Source of the DNA: Lysobacterales bacterium
GTDB taxonomy: Bacteria; Pseudomonadota; Gammaproteobacteria; Xanthomonadales; SZUA-5
DNA length: 64,000 bases
Direction: 5' to 3'
Assembly: GCA_022844165.1 (NCBI GenBank)
Contig: JALHMH010000005.1
Coordinates: 114,339-178,338 of the forward strand
Notes under the pieces: generated by a model
Database searches by the model: none
What the model was told of the DNA's origin: nothing
Seen by the model: only the letters and a program-made list of their open reading frames with translations
Position numbers and translations under genes: made by a program
In this document: positions 29,280 through 38,582 of the stretch, one piece after another
Layout: each line of letters starts with the position of its first letter
Numbering within the stretch: the first letter of the stretch is position 1

Positions 29280-30544
29280 GCGACCGTGTGAAAGGATCCG
29301 AACACAACCACACGCCCTGCAGCGCCGGCGATTTCATCGGCGCTTTGTAACGCATGTTCAGGATTGACGGCTGATTCGGCAGTGATTGACAAGGCCCGCA
29401 GTCGCGACGCCAATTCTTCGGGACTCACAGCGCGCGGATTCGGACGAAGATCAACCGTTATCCACTGGGCAAACGCACCGCGCAGCGGCTCAACAATACC
29501 GACCAGGTCTTTATCCCCAAGCGCAGCAAAAACCGCCACAGATCTGGCTGGCGGCAACGTCGCCAGCCACGCCGCCAGGGTACGCGCTGACTCGGGGTTG
29601 TGCGCCACATCCGCCCAGGTCTCGGTGGTTCGGTTCAAGCGCTGCAGGCGACCTGGCAACTCAACGCCGCGCAGTCCATCGGTGACGTGCTTTTGCGAAA
29701 CAGGCAAACGATCGGCAAGCAGTCTTGTTGTCATCACCGCGCAACTCGCGTTACGGAGTTGGCAGGGCGCAATCAGCGCAGGAAGCGGCAGTGTCCAATT
29801 GAAATCGTGACCACCGCAGTCGATCGACGGCCCTTCGCCTGAGAATTGGAATTGCCACTCTCGCGCATCAATTCGAGCGGCTGTGAACTCGGAGCCGTAT
29901 CGATAGACAACCGCACCGATTTGTCCGGCCACCTGCAATACCGATGATGGCAGGCTCGGTTCTCCGATCACCGCAGGCCGCCCGATCCGAAAAATATGTG
30001 CCTTCTCCCAACCGATTTTTTCGCGTGTATCGCCCAGATAATCTTGATGATCCAGATCGACGCTGGTCAGAATGGAGACGTCGCCGTCGATCAGATTGAC
30101 CGCATCGAGACGACCGCCGAGACCGATTTCGAGAATCGCGACATCAAGGCGCGCGTTTTCCAGATGGACAAAAGCTGCCAGGGTGCCGAACTCGAAATAG
30201 GTCAAAGAGACCGCACCGCGCGCTCTTTCGACGCGCTCAAATGCCTCGCACAGCGCAGCATCGGCGATATCGTCGCCGTCCACGCGGATGCGCTCGTTGT
30301 ATCGGCGTAAATGGGGCGACGTATAACAGCCGACGCGGTAGCCGCCATTGCGGTACATCGCGGCCAACATGGCGACCGTCGAGCCCTTGCCATTGGTCCC
30401 GCCGACGACCACACATATGGGCGCAGGGCGTGGCCGGCCAAGTGTGTCCCAAACCGATCTCACACGATCCAGGCCAAGATCGATGGTCTTCGAATGGCGC
30501 GATTCGAGCGACGTCAACCAGGCATCAACCGTCAACTGCAACAC
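29267..30544 (-). CDS. folC: Bifunctional folylpolyglutamate / dihydrofolate synthase
   Basis: IDLGLDRV, GGTNGKGST, YTSPHL, EIGLGGRLDAVN, DVAHNP and GSFHTVA motifs; 3' end overlaps iaaA by 13 bp. Confidence 0.95.
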   Translation of the reverse strand: MLQLTVDAWLTSLESRHSKTIDLGLDRVRSVWDTLGRPRPAPICVVVGGTNGKGSTVAMLAAMYRNGGYRVGCYTSPHLRRYNERIRVDGDDIADAALCEAFERVERARGAVSLTYFEFGTLAAFVHLENARLDVAILEIGLGGRLDAVNLIDGDVSILTSVDLDHQDYLGDTREKIGWEKAHIFRIGRPAVIGEPSLPSSVLQVAGQIGAVVYRYGSEFTAARIDAREWQFQFSGEGPSIDCGGHDFNWTLPLPALIAPCQLRNASCAVMTTRLLADRLPVSQKHVTDGLRGVELPGRLQRLNRTTETWADVAHNPESARTLAAWLATLPPARSVAVFAALGDKDLVGIVEPLRGAFAQWITVDLRPNPRAVSPEELASRLRALSITAESAVNPEHALQSADEIAGAAGRVVVFGSFHTVAQFV

Positions 30545-30629
30545 TTCGCGCGCGCCTCCCAGGCGTGATTCAGGCTCGGATTTTACGGTACGATGCCAAG
30601 GCAATCGTTCGGCGTTGGAGCATCAGGTG

Positions 30630-31204
30630 ATGGGAACCGCTCAACCTGCGCCACGAATGTCTGTTGAGGAGTACCTGACTCGCGAAGCTCAGAGCGATGT
30701 GCGTCACGAGTATGCCGCCGGACCGGTCTTTGCGATGACCGGCGGTAGCCGTGCGCATAACCTGATTTCGGGCAACTTCTACGCATTGAGTCGAAAAAAG
30801 GCCAGCGAATCTGGTTGCGATGCCTTCATCAGCGATATGCGCGACGCACGGGTGAGGTGCTGTACTACCCGGATGTCGTAGTCGGCTGCGAAAGCGCCGA
30901 TGATCACAAATTTTATTTGACCCAGCCCCGCCTGATCGCGGAAGTGCTCAGCGAGTCTACGGAACGTATCGATCGGGGCGAAAAGCTCTACAACTATCGC
31001 CAGATCACAACGCTCAAGAACTATCTGCTGATCGCTCAAGACCGTATTCATATCGATCTTTATCGCCGTCGCGGCGAATCATGGCTGCACGAGAGCTACG
31101 TGCGTGCCAAAGACGTGATCGACCTCGATTGTCCAGCATTGGCGGTGCGGGTCAGCGAAATTTATGATCGTGTGCCTGGCATTGATCTCGAATCGGGTGA
31201 TTGA
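30630..31204 (+). pseudogene. Uma2 (DUF820) family PD-(D/E)xK endonuclease, frameshifted
   Basis: N-half MSVEEYL...RHEY...AMTGGSRAHNLI...SDMR is in one frame; C-half YYPDVVV...EVLSESTERIDRGEK is in another; the shift is near 30840-30855. Confidence 0.85.
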
Positions 31205-31337
31205 ATTCGACAAAAGTTGGTTTGTCGTCGCTGGTACTTGGTCCATAATCGCAACACGCACGCATTCGTTGCGCCGCCGAGGCGATTGACGCGCTGCGGC
31301 ATCCAGTTTGACCATCGCAGCCCCTCTCGGAGACCTT

Positions 31338-34046
31338 ATGAGCAACAGCTTCGGCACGCGCGACACCTTCAAATCGAGCGGCAAGACGTATCACTATCAT
31401 CGTCTGACGGCCCTGGCGCCGCGCTACAACCTTGCGCGCTTGCCGTTTTCGCTGAAAATTCTGCTCGAAAATTTGCTGCGCTTCGAGGACGGTGAAAACG
31501 TCACGCCAACCCATATCGAAGCCCTGCTCAACTGGGATCCAAAGACGCCCTCGACGCAGGAAATCCCGTTCATGCCGGCGCGCGTTGTGATGCAGGACTT
31601 CACCGGTGTGCCCTGTGTGGTCGACCTGGCGGCAATGCGCGATGCGATGCGGGCGTTGGGCGGCGATCCGCGCAAGATCAATCCGCTGATTCCCGCTGAG
31701 CTGGTCATCGATCACTCCGTGCAAGTCGATCGGTTCGGCAGTCACGATGCGGTCGATCTGAATGCGCGAATCGAATTCGAACGCAATAAGGAACGCTATG
31801 CGTTTCTGCGCTGGGGCCAGACCGCGTTCGATAACTTCAAGGTGGTACCGCCGCGCACCGGTATCGTGCACCAGGTCAACCTGGAGTTCCTGGCGCGAGT
31901 TGTGTTCGCCACGGACGGCGCGGATGCATGGGCTTACCCCGATACCGTTGTCGGTACCGACTCCCACACCACGATGATCAATGGCATCGGCGTACTTGGC
32001 TGGGGTGTCGGCGGCATTGAGGCCGAAGCGGCCATGCTGGGACAACCTTCGACGATGCTGATCCCTGAGGTCATCGGCTTCAGGCTCTCCGGCAAACTGC
32101 CGGAAGGTGCGACCGCCACGGATCTGGTGCTCACGGTCACGCAGATGTTGCGCAAGCGCGGCGTTGTCGAGAAATTCGTCGAATTCTTTGGCGAGGGCCT
32201 GAATAGTCTGCCGCTGGCGGATCGTGCCACCATCGCCAATATGGCGCCGGAATACGGCGCAACCTGCGGCATCTTCCCGATCGACGCTGAGGCGCTGAGT
32301 TATTTGCGATTGTCGGGGCGGTCCGATGAACAAATTGCGCTGGTGGAGAGCTATGCGAAGTTGAATGGTTTGTTCCGCGAACCTGGCGCACCGGAGGCCG
32401 AATACACCGACGTGCTGCACCTCGATCTGGCAGACGTTAAACCCAGCCTTGCCGGGCCCAAGCGCCCGCAGGATCGCGTGTTGCTATCGGATATGAAGTC
32501 CGAGTACCACAAAAACCACGAATCGATGGCACAAGCGCGCGCGGCAAAGCCCAGGAGCGCATCGCCGGGCCATGCCACCGTCAAAACCGAGAACCGCGAA
32601 TATGCGCTGACCGACGGCGCCGTCGTTATCGCCGCGATTACGTCTTGCACCAATACCTCGAACCCGTCGGTCATGCTGGGGGCCGGATTGTTGGCCCGCA
32701 ATGCAGTCGCCAAGGGCTTGAAGACCAAACCTTGGGTCAAAACATCGCTGGCGCCGGGCTCTCAGGTGGCCACCGATTATTTCCGGAAGGCCGGGTTGCT
32801 GGATGACATGGAAGCGCTGGGTTTTCACGTTGTGGGTTATGGATGTACTACGTGCATCGGCAACTCCGGACCGCTGCCTGCCGAGGTCAGCAAGGGCATC
32901 AGCGACGGCGATTTGATTGTCGCCTCGGTACTGTCGGGCAACCGCAACTTTGAAGGTCGCGTGCATGCCGAAGTGCGCATGAACTACCTTGCCTCGCCGC
33001 CATTGGTTGTCGCCTACGCACTCGCCGGGCGCGTCGACATTGATCTGACCAGCGAACCGCTCGGTACCGGCAGCGACGGCCAGCCGGTTTACCTGAAGGA
33101 CATCTGGCCGTCCAATCATGAGATCGCCGATACGGTGCGAAGCGCAGTAACGCCTGAAGGATTCAAGGCTGGTTACGCCAATGTCTTCACCGGGGACGCG
33201 CGCTGGCAATCCGTGCAAGCGCCCTTGGGCGACCTTTACGCCTGGGACGATGCTTCGACCTATGTGCAAAACCCGCCTTACTTCGTTGGCATGAGCATGG
33301 CGTTGCGTCAGATTAGCGACGTCCAGGGCGCGCGCGCGCTGGCCCTGCTCGGCGATTCGATCACGACCGATCACATCTCGCCGGCAGGAGATTTCAAGCC
33401 CACGACGCCGGCCGGAAAGTACTTGACGGATCGTGGCGTGCAATACGCGGATTTCAATTCCTACGGTTCGCGCCGTGGCAATCATGAAATCATGATGCGG
33501 GGCACGTTTGCCAACATCCGATTGAAGAACCAGCTTGCGCCTGGGACCGAAGGTGGTTACACGACGTTTTTCCCAACGGGCGAAGTCACGTCGATCTACG
33601 ATGCATCGATGCAATTTCAGGCCGCAGGCACGCCATTGATCGTCATCGCTGGTAAGGAATACGGCACCGGCTCATCGCGCGACTGGGCAGCCAAAGGCAC
33701 GATGCTTCTGGGCGTCAAGATCGTCATCGCCGAGAGTTTCGAACGCATCCATCGCTCAAACTTGTGTGGAATGGGCGTGCTGCCCTGCAAGTTCCTGGAT
33801 GGCGAAAACGCGGGGTCATTGGGCCTTACGGGCCGGGAGACCTTTAGCTTTAGCGGCATCGGCGACGGCACTGGAAAGCGCCTTCTAGTCACTGCCGTGG
33901 CCGAAGACGGCAGCACTAAACAGTTCGAAGTTCGCGTGTTGCTCGACACACCGAAGGAAGTCGAATACTACCGCCACGGCGGCATATTGCCGTACGTATT
34001 GCGCCAGTTGGCCGGCACATCGACGGCGGACGCAAAAGCGGCCTGA
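31338..34046 (+). CDS. acnA: Aconitate hydratase A
   Basis: [42 protein letters not shown] and [10 protein letters not shown] motifs. Confidence 0.97.
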   Translation: MSNSFGTRDTFKSSGKTYHYHRLTALAPRYNLARLPFSLKILLENLLRFEDGENVTPTHIEALLNWDPKTPSTQEIPFMPARVVMQDFTGVPCVVDLAAMRDAMRALGGDPRKINPLIPAELVIDHSVQVDRFGSHDAVDLNARIEFERNKERYAFLRWGQTAFDNFKVVPPRTGIVHQVNLEFLARVVFATDGADAWAYPDTVVGTDSHTTMINGIGVLGWGVGGIEAEAAMLGQPSTMLIPEVIGFRLSGKLPEGATATDLVLTVTQMLRKRGVVEKFVEFFGEGLNSLPLADRATIANMAPEYGATCGIFPIDAEALSYLRLSGRSDEQIALVESYAKLNGLFREPGAPEAEYTDVLHLDLADVKPSLAGPKRPQDRVLLSDMKSEYHKNHESMAQARAAKPRSASPGHATVKTENREYALTDGAVVIAAITSCTNTSNPSVMLGAGLLARNAVAKGLKTKPWVKTSLAPGSQVATDYFRKAGLLDDMEALGFHVVGYGCTTCIGNSGPLPAEVSKGISDGDLIVASVLSGNRNFEGRVHAEVRMNYLASPPLVVAYALAGRVDIDLTSEPLGTGSDGQPVYLKDIWPSNHEIADTVRSAVTPEGFKAGYANVFTGDARWQSVQAPLGDLYAWDDASTYVQNPPYFVGMSMALRQISDVQGARALALLGDSITTDHISPAGDFKPTTPAGKYLTDRGVQYADFNSYGSRRGNHEIMMRGTFANIRLKNQLAPGTEGGYTTFFPTGEVTSIYDASMQFQAAGTPLIVIAGKEYGTGSSRDWAAKGTMLLGVKIVIAESFERIHRSNLCGMGVLPCKFLDGENAGSLGLTGRETFSFSGIGDGTGKRLLVTAVAEDGSTKQFEVRVLLDTPKEVEYYRHGGILPYVLRQLAGTSTADAKAA

Positions 34047-34070
34047 GGATTCTAGTACCGGGGATTCCCT

Positions 34071-34101
34071 GAACGCGCTGGCCCAGCCAGCGTGTTCTTC
34101 T
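34071..34101 (+). terminator. Probable intrinsic terminator after acnA
   Basis: GAACGCGCTGGC-cca-GCCAGCGTGTTC 12-bp stem (one G-U) followed by TTCT. Confidence 0.5.
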
Positions 34102-34165
34102 GCGGACCGCATGGTACTCCCTCGAGGATTCGCAGCCTGGCAGCCTGAGGGATCGTCCGACACTT

Positions 34166-35272
34166 ATGTCAACAGCCAAAAAGATGTCTCCCGGTGCGCT
34201 CCGCGATCCGCAACAGCGCTATGTGCGACATTCCATGCTGCTGTTATTCGCGCTCTCCATCTTGGCTACGACGACTGCTGCCATCTTGCACGCTTTTGAG
34301 CCCAACGCGACGATAGTCAACCGAGTTGTGCCGGCGCTGATGGCCGTCACTCTTTCAGTTGTCATGCTGCGCTATTGGCTTGAACCTTCGAGCCTTCAGT
34401 CCAGCGTCTGGCTGGGCTGGTCGATTGCCGTCGCGGGGCTTGCAGCGCCAGCGTGGGGAGCCCTATGGACTGCGCTCACGAGTACACAACGCCTGATCGA
34501 AATCCTGCCGCCCATTACAGCGGGGTTGCTGCCGTTGCTTCTGGTGCCGGTGGTTATCGCGAGGCCACGACACGCCTGGTGGGCGACAGCGTGTGCGTGG
34601 CTGGCTATCGCGGCACCGGTGCTGTTCTACCTGGCATCGCATCCGGAACAACTATGGACACCGCGCGGGCTTGATCTCGCCATCGCATTCGGGCCAATCA
34701 GCATGTTTGTCCCGTTCCTGATACCGTTGCTGCGTGGTATCGAGCGACGCATCGAAGTTCTCCAGGAAGACGGCGAGCGGCTGCAGGCGCTTGCGGATCG
34801 CGATGCGTTACTTGGTATCTACAACCGACGTGCCGGCGAGCGTTTTCTGGCAACTTTGCTGGCCAACCGACCGACCGCACATACCGGCATTTTGGTCTTG
34901 TTCGATATCGACCATTTCAAATCGATCAACGACCGATTTGGCCATCCGGCGGGCGATCACGTGCTCGTAGAGTGCGCTCGCCGATGCGCGCTGTTACTCG
35001 ATTCGGAGGACGTTCTGGCACGTTGGGGTGGCGAAGAATTTCTGGTTATTTCGCCAACGGGTCAAAGGTCCGGCGCACTCATCGCCGAACGGCTTTGTAC
35101 GGCACTTCGCGCCAGCCCGATTCACCCTGTGGGTATCGTCACCGCTTCGTTCGGCGTCACCTGCCTGGGCCCGAACGACACGCCAGGTCAGGCGCTGCAA
35201 CGCGCAGACAATGCGCTCTACCAAGCTAAGGCAGGAGGCCGGGACCGCGTCGTCGTCGCCCCGGTTGACTAA
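34166..35272 (+). CDS. Membrane-bound GGDEF diguanylate cyclase
   Basis: About 6 TM segments; DALLGIYNRR, FDIDHFKSINDRFGH, RWGGEEF and ADNALYQAK motifs. Confidence 0.92.
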   Translation: MSTAKKMSPGALRDPQQRYVRHSMLLLFALSILATTTAAILHAFEPNATIVNRVVPALMAVTLSVVMLRYWLEPSSLQSSVWLGWSIAVAGLAAPAWGALWTALTSTQRLIEILPPITAGLLPLLLVPVVIARPRHAWWATACAWLAIAAPVLFYLASHPEQLWTPRGLDLAIAFGPISMFVPFLIPLLRGIERRIEVLQEDGERLQALADRDALLGIYNRRAGERFLATLLANRPTAHTGILVLFDIDHFKSINDRFGHPAGDHVLVECARRCALLLDSEDVLARWGGEEFLVISPTGQRSGALIAERLCTALRASPIHPVGIVTASFGVTCLGPNDTPGQALQRADNALYQAKAGGRDRVVVAPVD

Positions 35273-35346
35273 CCGCGGAACCACGGATTCAAGTGGCAAT
35301 CCGTTTTTCTGACGCCATGACTTTCTACCTGTAGACCTATGCGAAC

Positions 35347-35372
35347 TGGTGTACTAGTCTACTAACACACCA
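35347..35372. promoter_or_regulatory. YtrA-subfamily GntR operator
   Basis: Imperfect palindrome TGGTGTACTAGT-CT-ACTAACACACCA 20 bp upstream of the GntR-ABC operon; resembles the long GTGT-TA...TA-ACAC YtrA-type sites. Confidence 0.7.
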
Positions 35373-35391
35373 ATGCATCAGCGAGGTTGTC

Positions 35392-35682
35392 ATGAACAAA
35401 CGCGTACACCAAGGGCTGGTTCTGGTTTCGGTGATGACCTTGTGCGTAGCAAGCGCAATCCATGGAACACGCTTGGCCCGGGACCAGGCTGCAAATGCAA
35501 CGGTTGATCGCGCCGAACTTGCTCCCATGGTCACCGAACTACCCGTCGTGATAATGCCGGCCATCGTGGTCAGGCCGACTCGCGAAGAACGTATCGCCGC
35601 CTTTGCTGTTGAGAATCCGGGCAGCGAATCTGAGCTTGAAATGCCGTTCTTCTCGTTCGGCGGCACGGCCGGTCTGGAGTAA
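35392..35682 (+). CDS. Small membrane-anchored or exported hypothetical protein (96 aa)
   Basis: GAGG SD; N-terminal hydrophobic helix; C-terminal MPFFSFG; first gene of the GntR-ABC operon. Confidence 0.8.
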   Translation: MNKRVHQGLVLVSVMTLCVASAIHGTRLARDQAANATVDRAELAPMVTELPVVIMPAIVVRPTREERIAAFAVENPGSESELEMPFFSFGGTAGLE

Positions 35683-35689
35683 TGTGGGA

Positions 35690-36046
35690 ATGAGCGTTTC
35701 CTGGAGTGAAACCACACCGATTTATCGCCAGTTGCGCGATCGGATCGTGGCCATGATCCTTGATGGCGAACTCAAAGAAGGAGACGCCGTGCCCTCAGTA
35801 CGGCAAGTTGCAGTGGACTACCAAATCAACCCATTGACCGTGTCGAAGGCCTATCAGGAGCTGGCCGATGAAGCGCTCTTGGACAAGCGCCGCGGACTTG
35901 GGCTCTTCGTCGGCGCTGGCGCTCGCGAAAAACTGCTCGAGCTCGAGCGCGATCGATTCTTGAAAGAAGAGTGGCCGGCGCTGCGCGCAAGGCTGCTGCG
36001 TCTGGGTTTGGATCTCAACATTTTGCTGGCGGAGAATCATCAATGA
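35690..36046 (+). CDS. GntR family regulator (YtrA subfamily)
   Basis: PIYRQL, PSVRQVA, INPLTVSKAYQEL and RRGLGLFV motifs; short 118-aa length. Confidence 0.93.
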   Translation: MSVSWSETTPIYRQLRDRIVAMILDGELKEGDAVPSVRQVAVDYQINPLTVSKAYQELADEALLDKRRGLGLFVGAGAREKLLELERDRFLKEEWPALRARLLRLGLDLNILLAENHQ

Positions 36047-36897
36047 CCGCTGTAATTACCGCTCGCCAGTTGAGCAAGCGCTTTCGGCAAAAGACGGCGC
36101 TGGATAATGTCAATTTTTCGGTGCAACAAGGTCGAATCGTCGGCTTGATCGGCCCCAATGGGGCAGGCAAAACCACTGCCTTGAAGGCCATCCTCGGTCT
36201 CACACCATATGAAGGCGAGTTGGATGTGCTTGGCCACAATCCTTTTCGCGATCGATCGGCCCTGATGCAAGACGTTTCTTTCATCGCCGATGTGGCGATC
36301 CTCCCTCGTTGGATCCGGGTATCGGAAGCGATTCAATACGTAGAAGGCGTGCATCCACGATTCGTGCGATCCAAATGCGAACGCTTCCTGGCTGCGACCG
36401 AAGTCCGGCCAACGATGCGTGTGCGAGAACTCAGCAAGGGCATGATTGCGCAATTGCACCTGGCCCTGGTGATGGCCATCGATGCACGCCTGTTGATCCT
36501 CGACGAACCGACACTGGGGCTCGACATCCTTTACCGACGAAGGTTTTACGAGCAACTGTTGAACGATTTCTTCGACGAGACACGGACAATTTTGGTGACC
36601 ACGCACCAAGTCGAGGAAATCGAGCACATTTTGACGGATCTGTTGTTCATCAAGAGCGGAACAATTGCGCTTTCGACCACCATGGAAGATGTCGCACAGC
36701 GGTATTGCCAGGTTTTAGTCAGCAACGACCGTCTGGAAGCCGCCAGGTCAATGCGGCCGATCTCTGAACGCAAGCTGCTCGGCAAGACAGCGCTGTTATT
36801 CGATGGCGTTCCCCAGCACCAGGCGCGGGAGTTTGGCGAGGTGCACCAGGTAGGCGTTGCCGATTTGTTCGTCGCAGTCATGGGAGGCACAGCTTGA
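36043..36897 (+). CDS. ABC transporter ATP-binding protein
   Basis: GPNGAGKTT, signature LSKGM, LLILDEPT and TTHQ motifs. Confidence 0.93.
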   Translation: MTAVITARQLSKRFRQKTALDNVNFSVQQGRIVGLIGPNGAGKTTALKAILGLTPYEGELDVLGHNPFRDRSALMQDVSFIADVAILPRWIRVSEAIQYVEGVHPRFVRSKCERFLAATEVRPTMRVRELSKGMIAQLHLALVMAIDARLLILDEPTLGLDILYRRRFYEQLLNDFFDETRTILVTTHQVEEIEHILTDLLFIKSGTIALSTTMEDVAQRYCQVLVSNDRLEAARSMRPISERKLLGKTALLFDGVPQHQAREFGEVHQVGVADLFVAVMGGTA

Positions 36898-37856
36898 ACG
36901 CGCGTTTTCTGACTTTGCTGCAACGCGAGATCTGGGAGCATCGTGGCGGTCTGATTTACACACCGTTCATTGTCGGCGCGGTGATGTTCGGGCTGTTCCT
37001 GCTCACCGGCATCAGCACCTTCTACTGGACCGACAAGTTTGACGGTTCAACGCATATGGCCGAAGGCGCGCTCAAGTTCGCAGAGACGCAGCTGGATCCG
37101 GCACAGATGCGCCTGATCATTGAGGCTTTTTTGTGGGGGACGGCGCTGGTCTGGCAGATGGTGATGTTCATCGTTGTCTTCTTCTACTGCTTAGGCTCGC
37201 TTTACGACGACCGGCGCGATCGTTCAATTCTGTTCTGGAAGTCGATGCCGGTATCGGACATGGAGACCGTGCTGAGCAAACTTGTCATCGCTGTCGTCAT
37301 CGCACCCATCGTCATGCTGGCGGGCCTGATTGTCGGGCAAATCGTGCTGATTGTGTCCAGTGGTGCATTGGTCGCGATGCACGGTGGGAATCCCTGGAAA
37401 CTGCTTTGGTCCCACAGCAACCCACTTCTCATGTGGGCTCAGTTCGGGGCCGTCCAAGCAGTACAGGCGCTGTATTTACTGCCACTCTTCGGCTGGCTGA
37501 TGCTGGCCAGTGCATTCGCACGCGGGCGCCCATTCTTGTGGGCGACGTTACCACCGATTCTGTTGTCGATCGCCGAAAGCTGGTTGCGATTTACCACCGA
37601 CTTTACCTTCAGCAAGGTAATCTGGGAATTCATCGCTCGACGTTTTGCAGCCGGCTTCGCACCGATATCGATCAACGCAGATTTTGGCGAGACCAACATC
37701 AACGCCGGGCTATCCGGCACCAAGTACGCCGCCAATTTCGACGATGTACTGGCGCGAGTGATGAGCATCGATCTTTGGGTCGGTGTCGGTATCGGCATTC
37801 TGTTCCTGGCCGGAGCGATCTATCTGCGGCGCTATCGCGATGACGCAACCAGCTGA
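36894..37856 (+). CDS. ABC-2 type permease
   Basis: LLQREIWEH and LYDDRRDRSILFWKSMPVSD motifs; about 6 TM segments. Confidence 0.88.
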   Translation: MNARFLTLLQREIWEHRGGLIYTPFIVGAVMFGLFLLTGISTFYWTDKFDGSTHMAEGALKFAETQLDPAQMRLIIEAFLWGTALVWQMVMFIVVFFYCLGSLYDDRRDRSILFWKSMPVSDMETVLSKLVIAVVIAPIVMLAGLIVGQIVLIVSSGALVAMHGGNPWKLLWSHSNPLLMWAQFGAVQAVQALYLLPLFGWLMLASAFARGRPFLWATLPPILLSIAESWLRFTTDFTFSKVIWEFIARRFAAGFAPISINADFGETNINAGLSGTKYAANFDDVLARVMSIDLWVGVGIGILFLAGAIYLRRYRDDATS

Positions 37857-37867
37857 TCGTTGGGCGC

Positions 37868-38581
37868 TCACATATCGCCAAACTGCGATTGCAGGATTGC
37901 CAGCGCTGCAAGACCTGCTGTTTCGGTACGGAGAGTCCTGGGTCCAAGGCGCAGTGCCAGCGCCTCGCGAGCGATCGCCGCTTCAACCTCACGGCGGCTA
38001 AAGCCGCCTTCGGGTCCGACCAGCAAGCTTAGCTGGGAGCGCATTGGCAAGTCGCGAGTGCGATGAGTGCCCGCCGGATCCAATAGCAACGCGCCGGGAA
38101 ACACGAAATCCAATAGCGCCATCGGCGCCGAGATCTCGGGCACTGCGCTTCGCTGTGATTGTTCGGCGGCGCTGGTTGCGACCTGTTGCCAATGTTCAAG
38201 TCGACGCTGGAGTCGTTGGCCGTCGAGTTGAACTTCAACTCGTTCGGTGATCAGCGGCACGATACGCACCACGCCAAGTTCGGTGGCCTTTTGGATCACA
38301 AGATCCATCTTTTCGCCTCGGCAAATGCCCTGTCCAAGCGTCATCGACAGCACGCTTTCAGCCTGAACGTCGACGCGCTCTCCGATCCGCGCGCTCGCGC
38401 CGGATTTTGCCAATTTAGTGAGTTGTGCCAGGTACTCGTTGCCCTTACCGTCGAAAAGCTGCAAAGCGTCGCCGACGCGGACACGCAACACGTTGAGCAA
38501 ACGGTGCGCCAACGGTTCTGGCAGCTGCACCTCGTCCCCGCTTGCCAGCGATTGTTGCAGGAAACACCGCCAGACGCGCAT
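37868..38581 (-). CDS. rsmE: 16S rRNA m3U1498 methyltransferase RsmE
   Basis: VLRVRVGD, QKATELGV, AAEQS, VGPEGGFS and LGPRTLRTETA motifs. Confidence 0.95.
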   Translation of the reverse strand: MRVWRCFLQQSLASGDEVQLPEPLAHRLLNVLRVRVGDALQLFDGKGNEYLAQLTKLAKSGASARIGERVDVQAESVLSMTLGQGICRGEKMDLVIQKATELGVVRIVPLITERVEVQLDGQRLQRRLEHWQQVATSAAEQSQRSAVPEISAPMALLDFVFPGALLLDPAGTHRTRDLPMRSQLSLLVGPEGGFSRREVEAAIAREALALRLGPRTLRTETAGLAALAILQSQFGDM

Positions 38582-38582
38582 G

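Noticed and set aside
30630-31204. Programmed ribosomal frameshift or defence system at the Uma2 gene
   Set aside because: No slippery sequence at the junction (the A6 run at 30794 is about 50 bp upstream and homology continues past it) and no neighbouring defence genes
31152-33614. Long antisense ORFs (422 aa and 376 aa)
   Set aside because: Antisense shadows of acnA caused by codon bias
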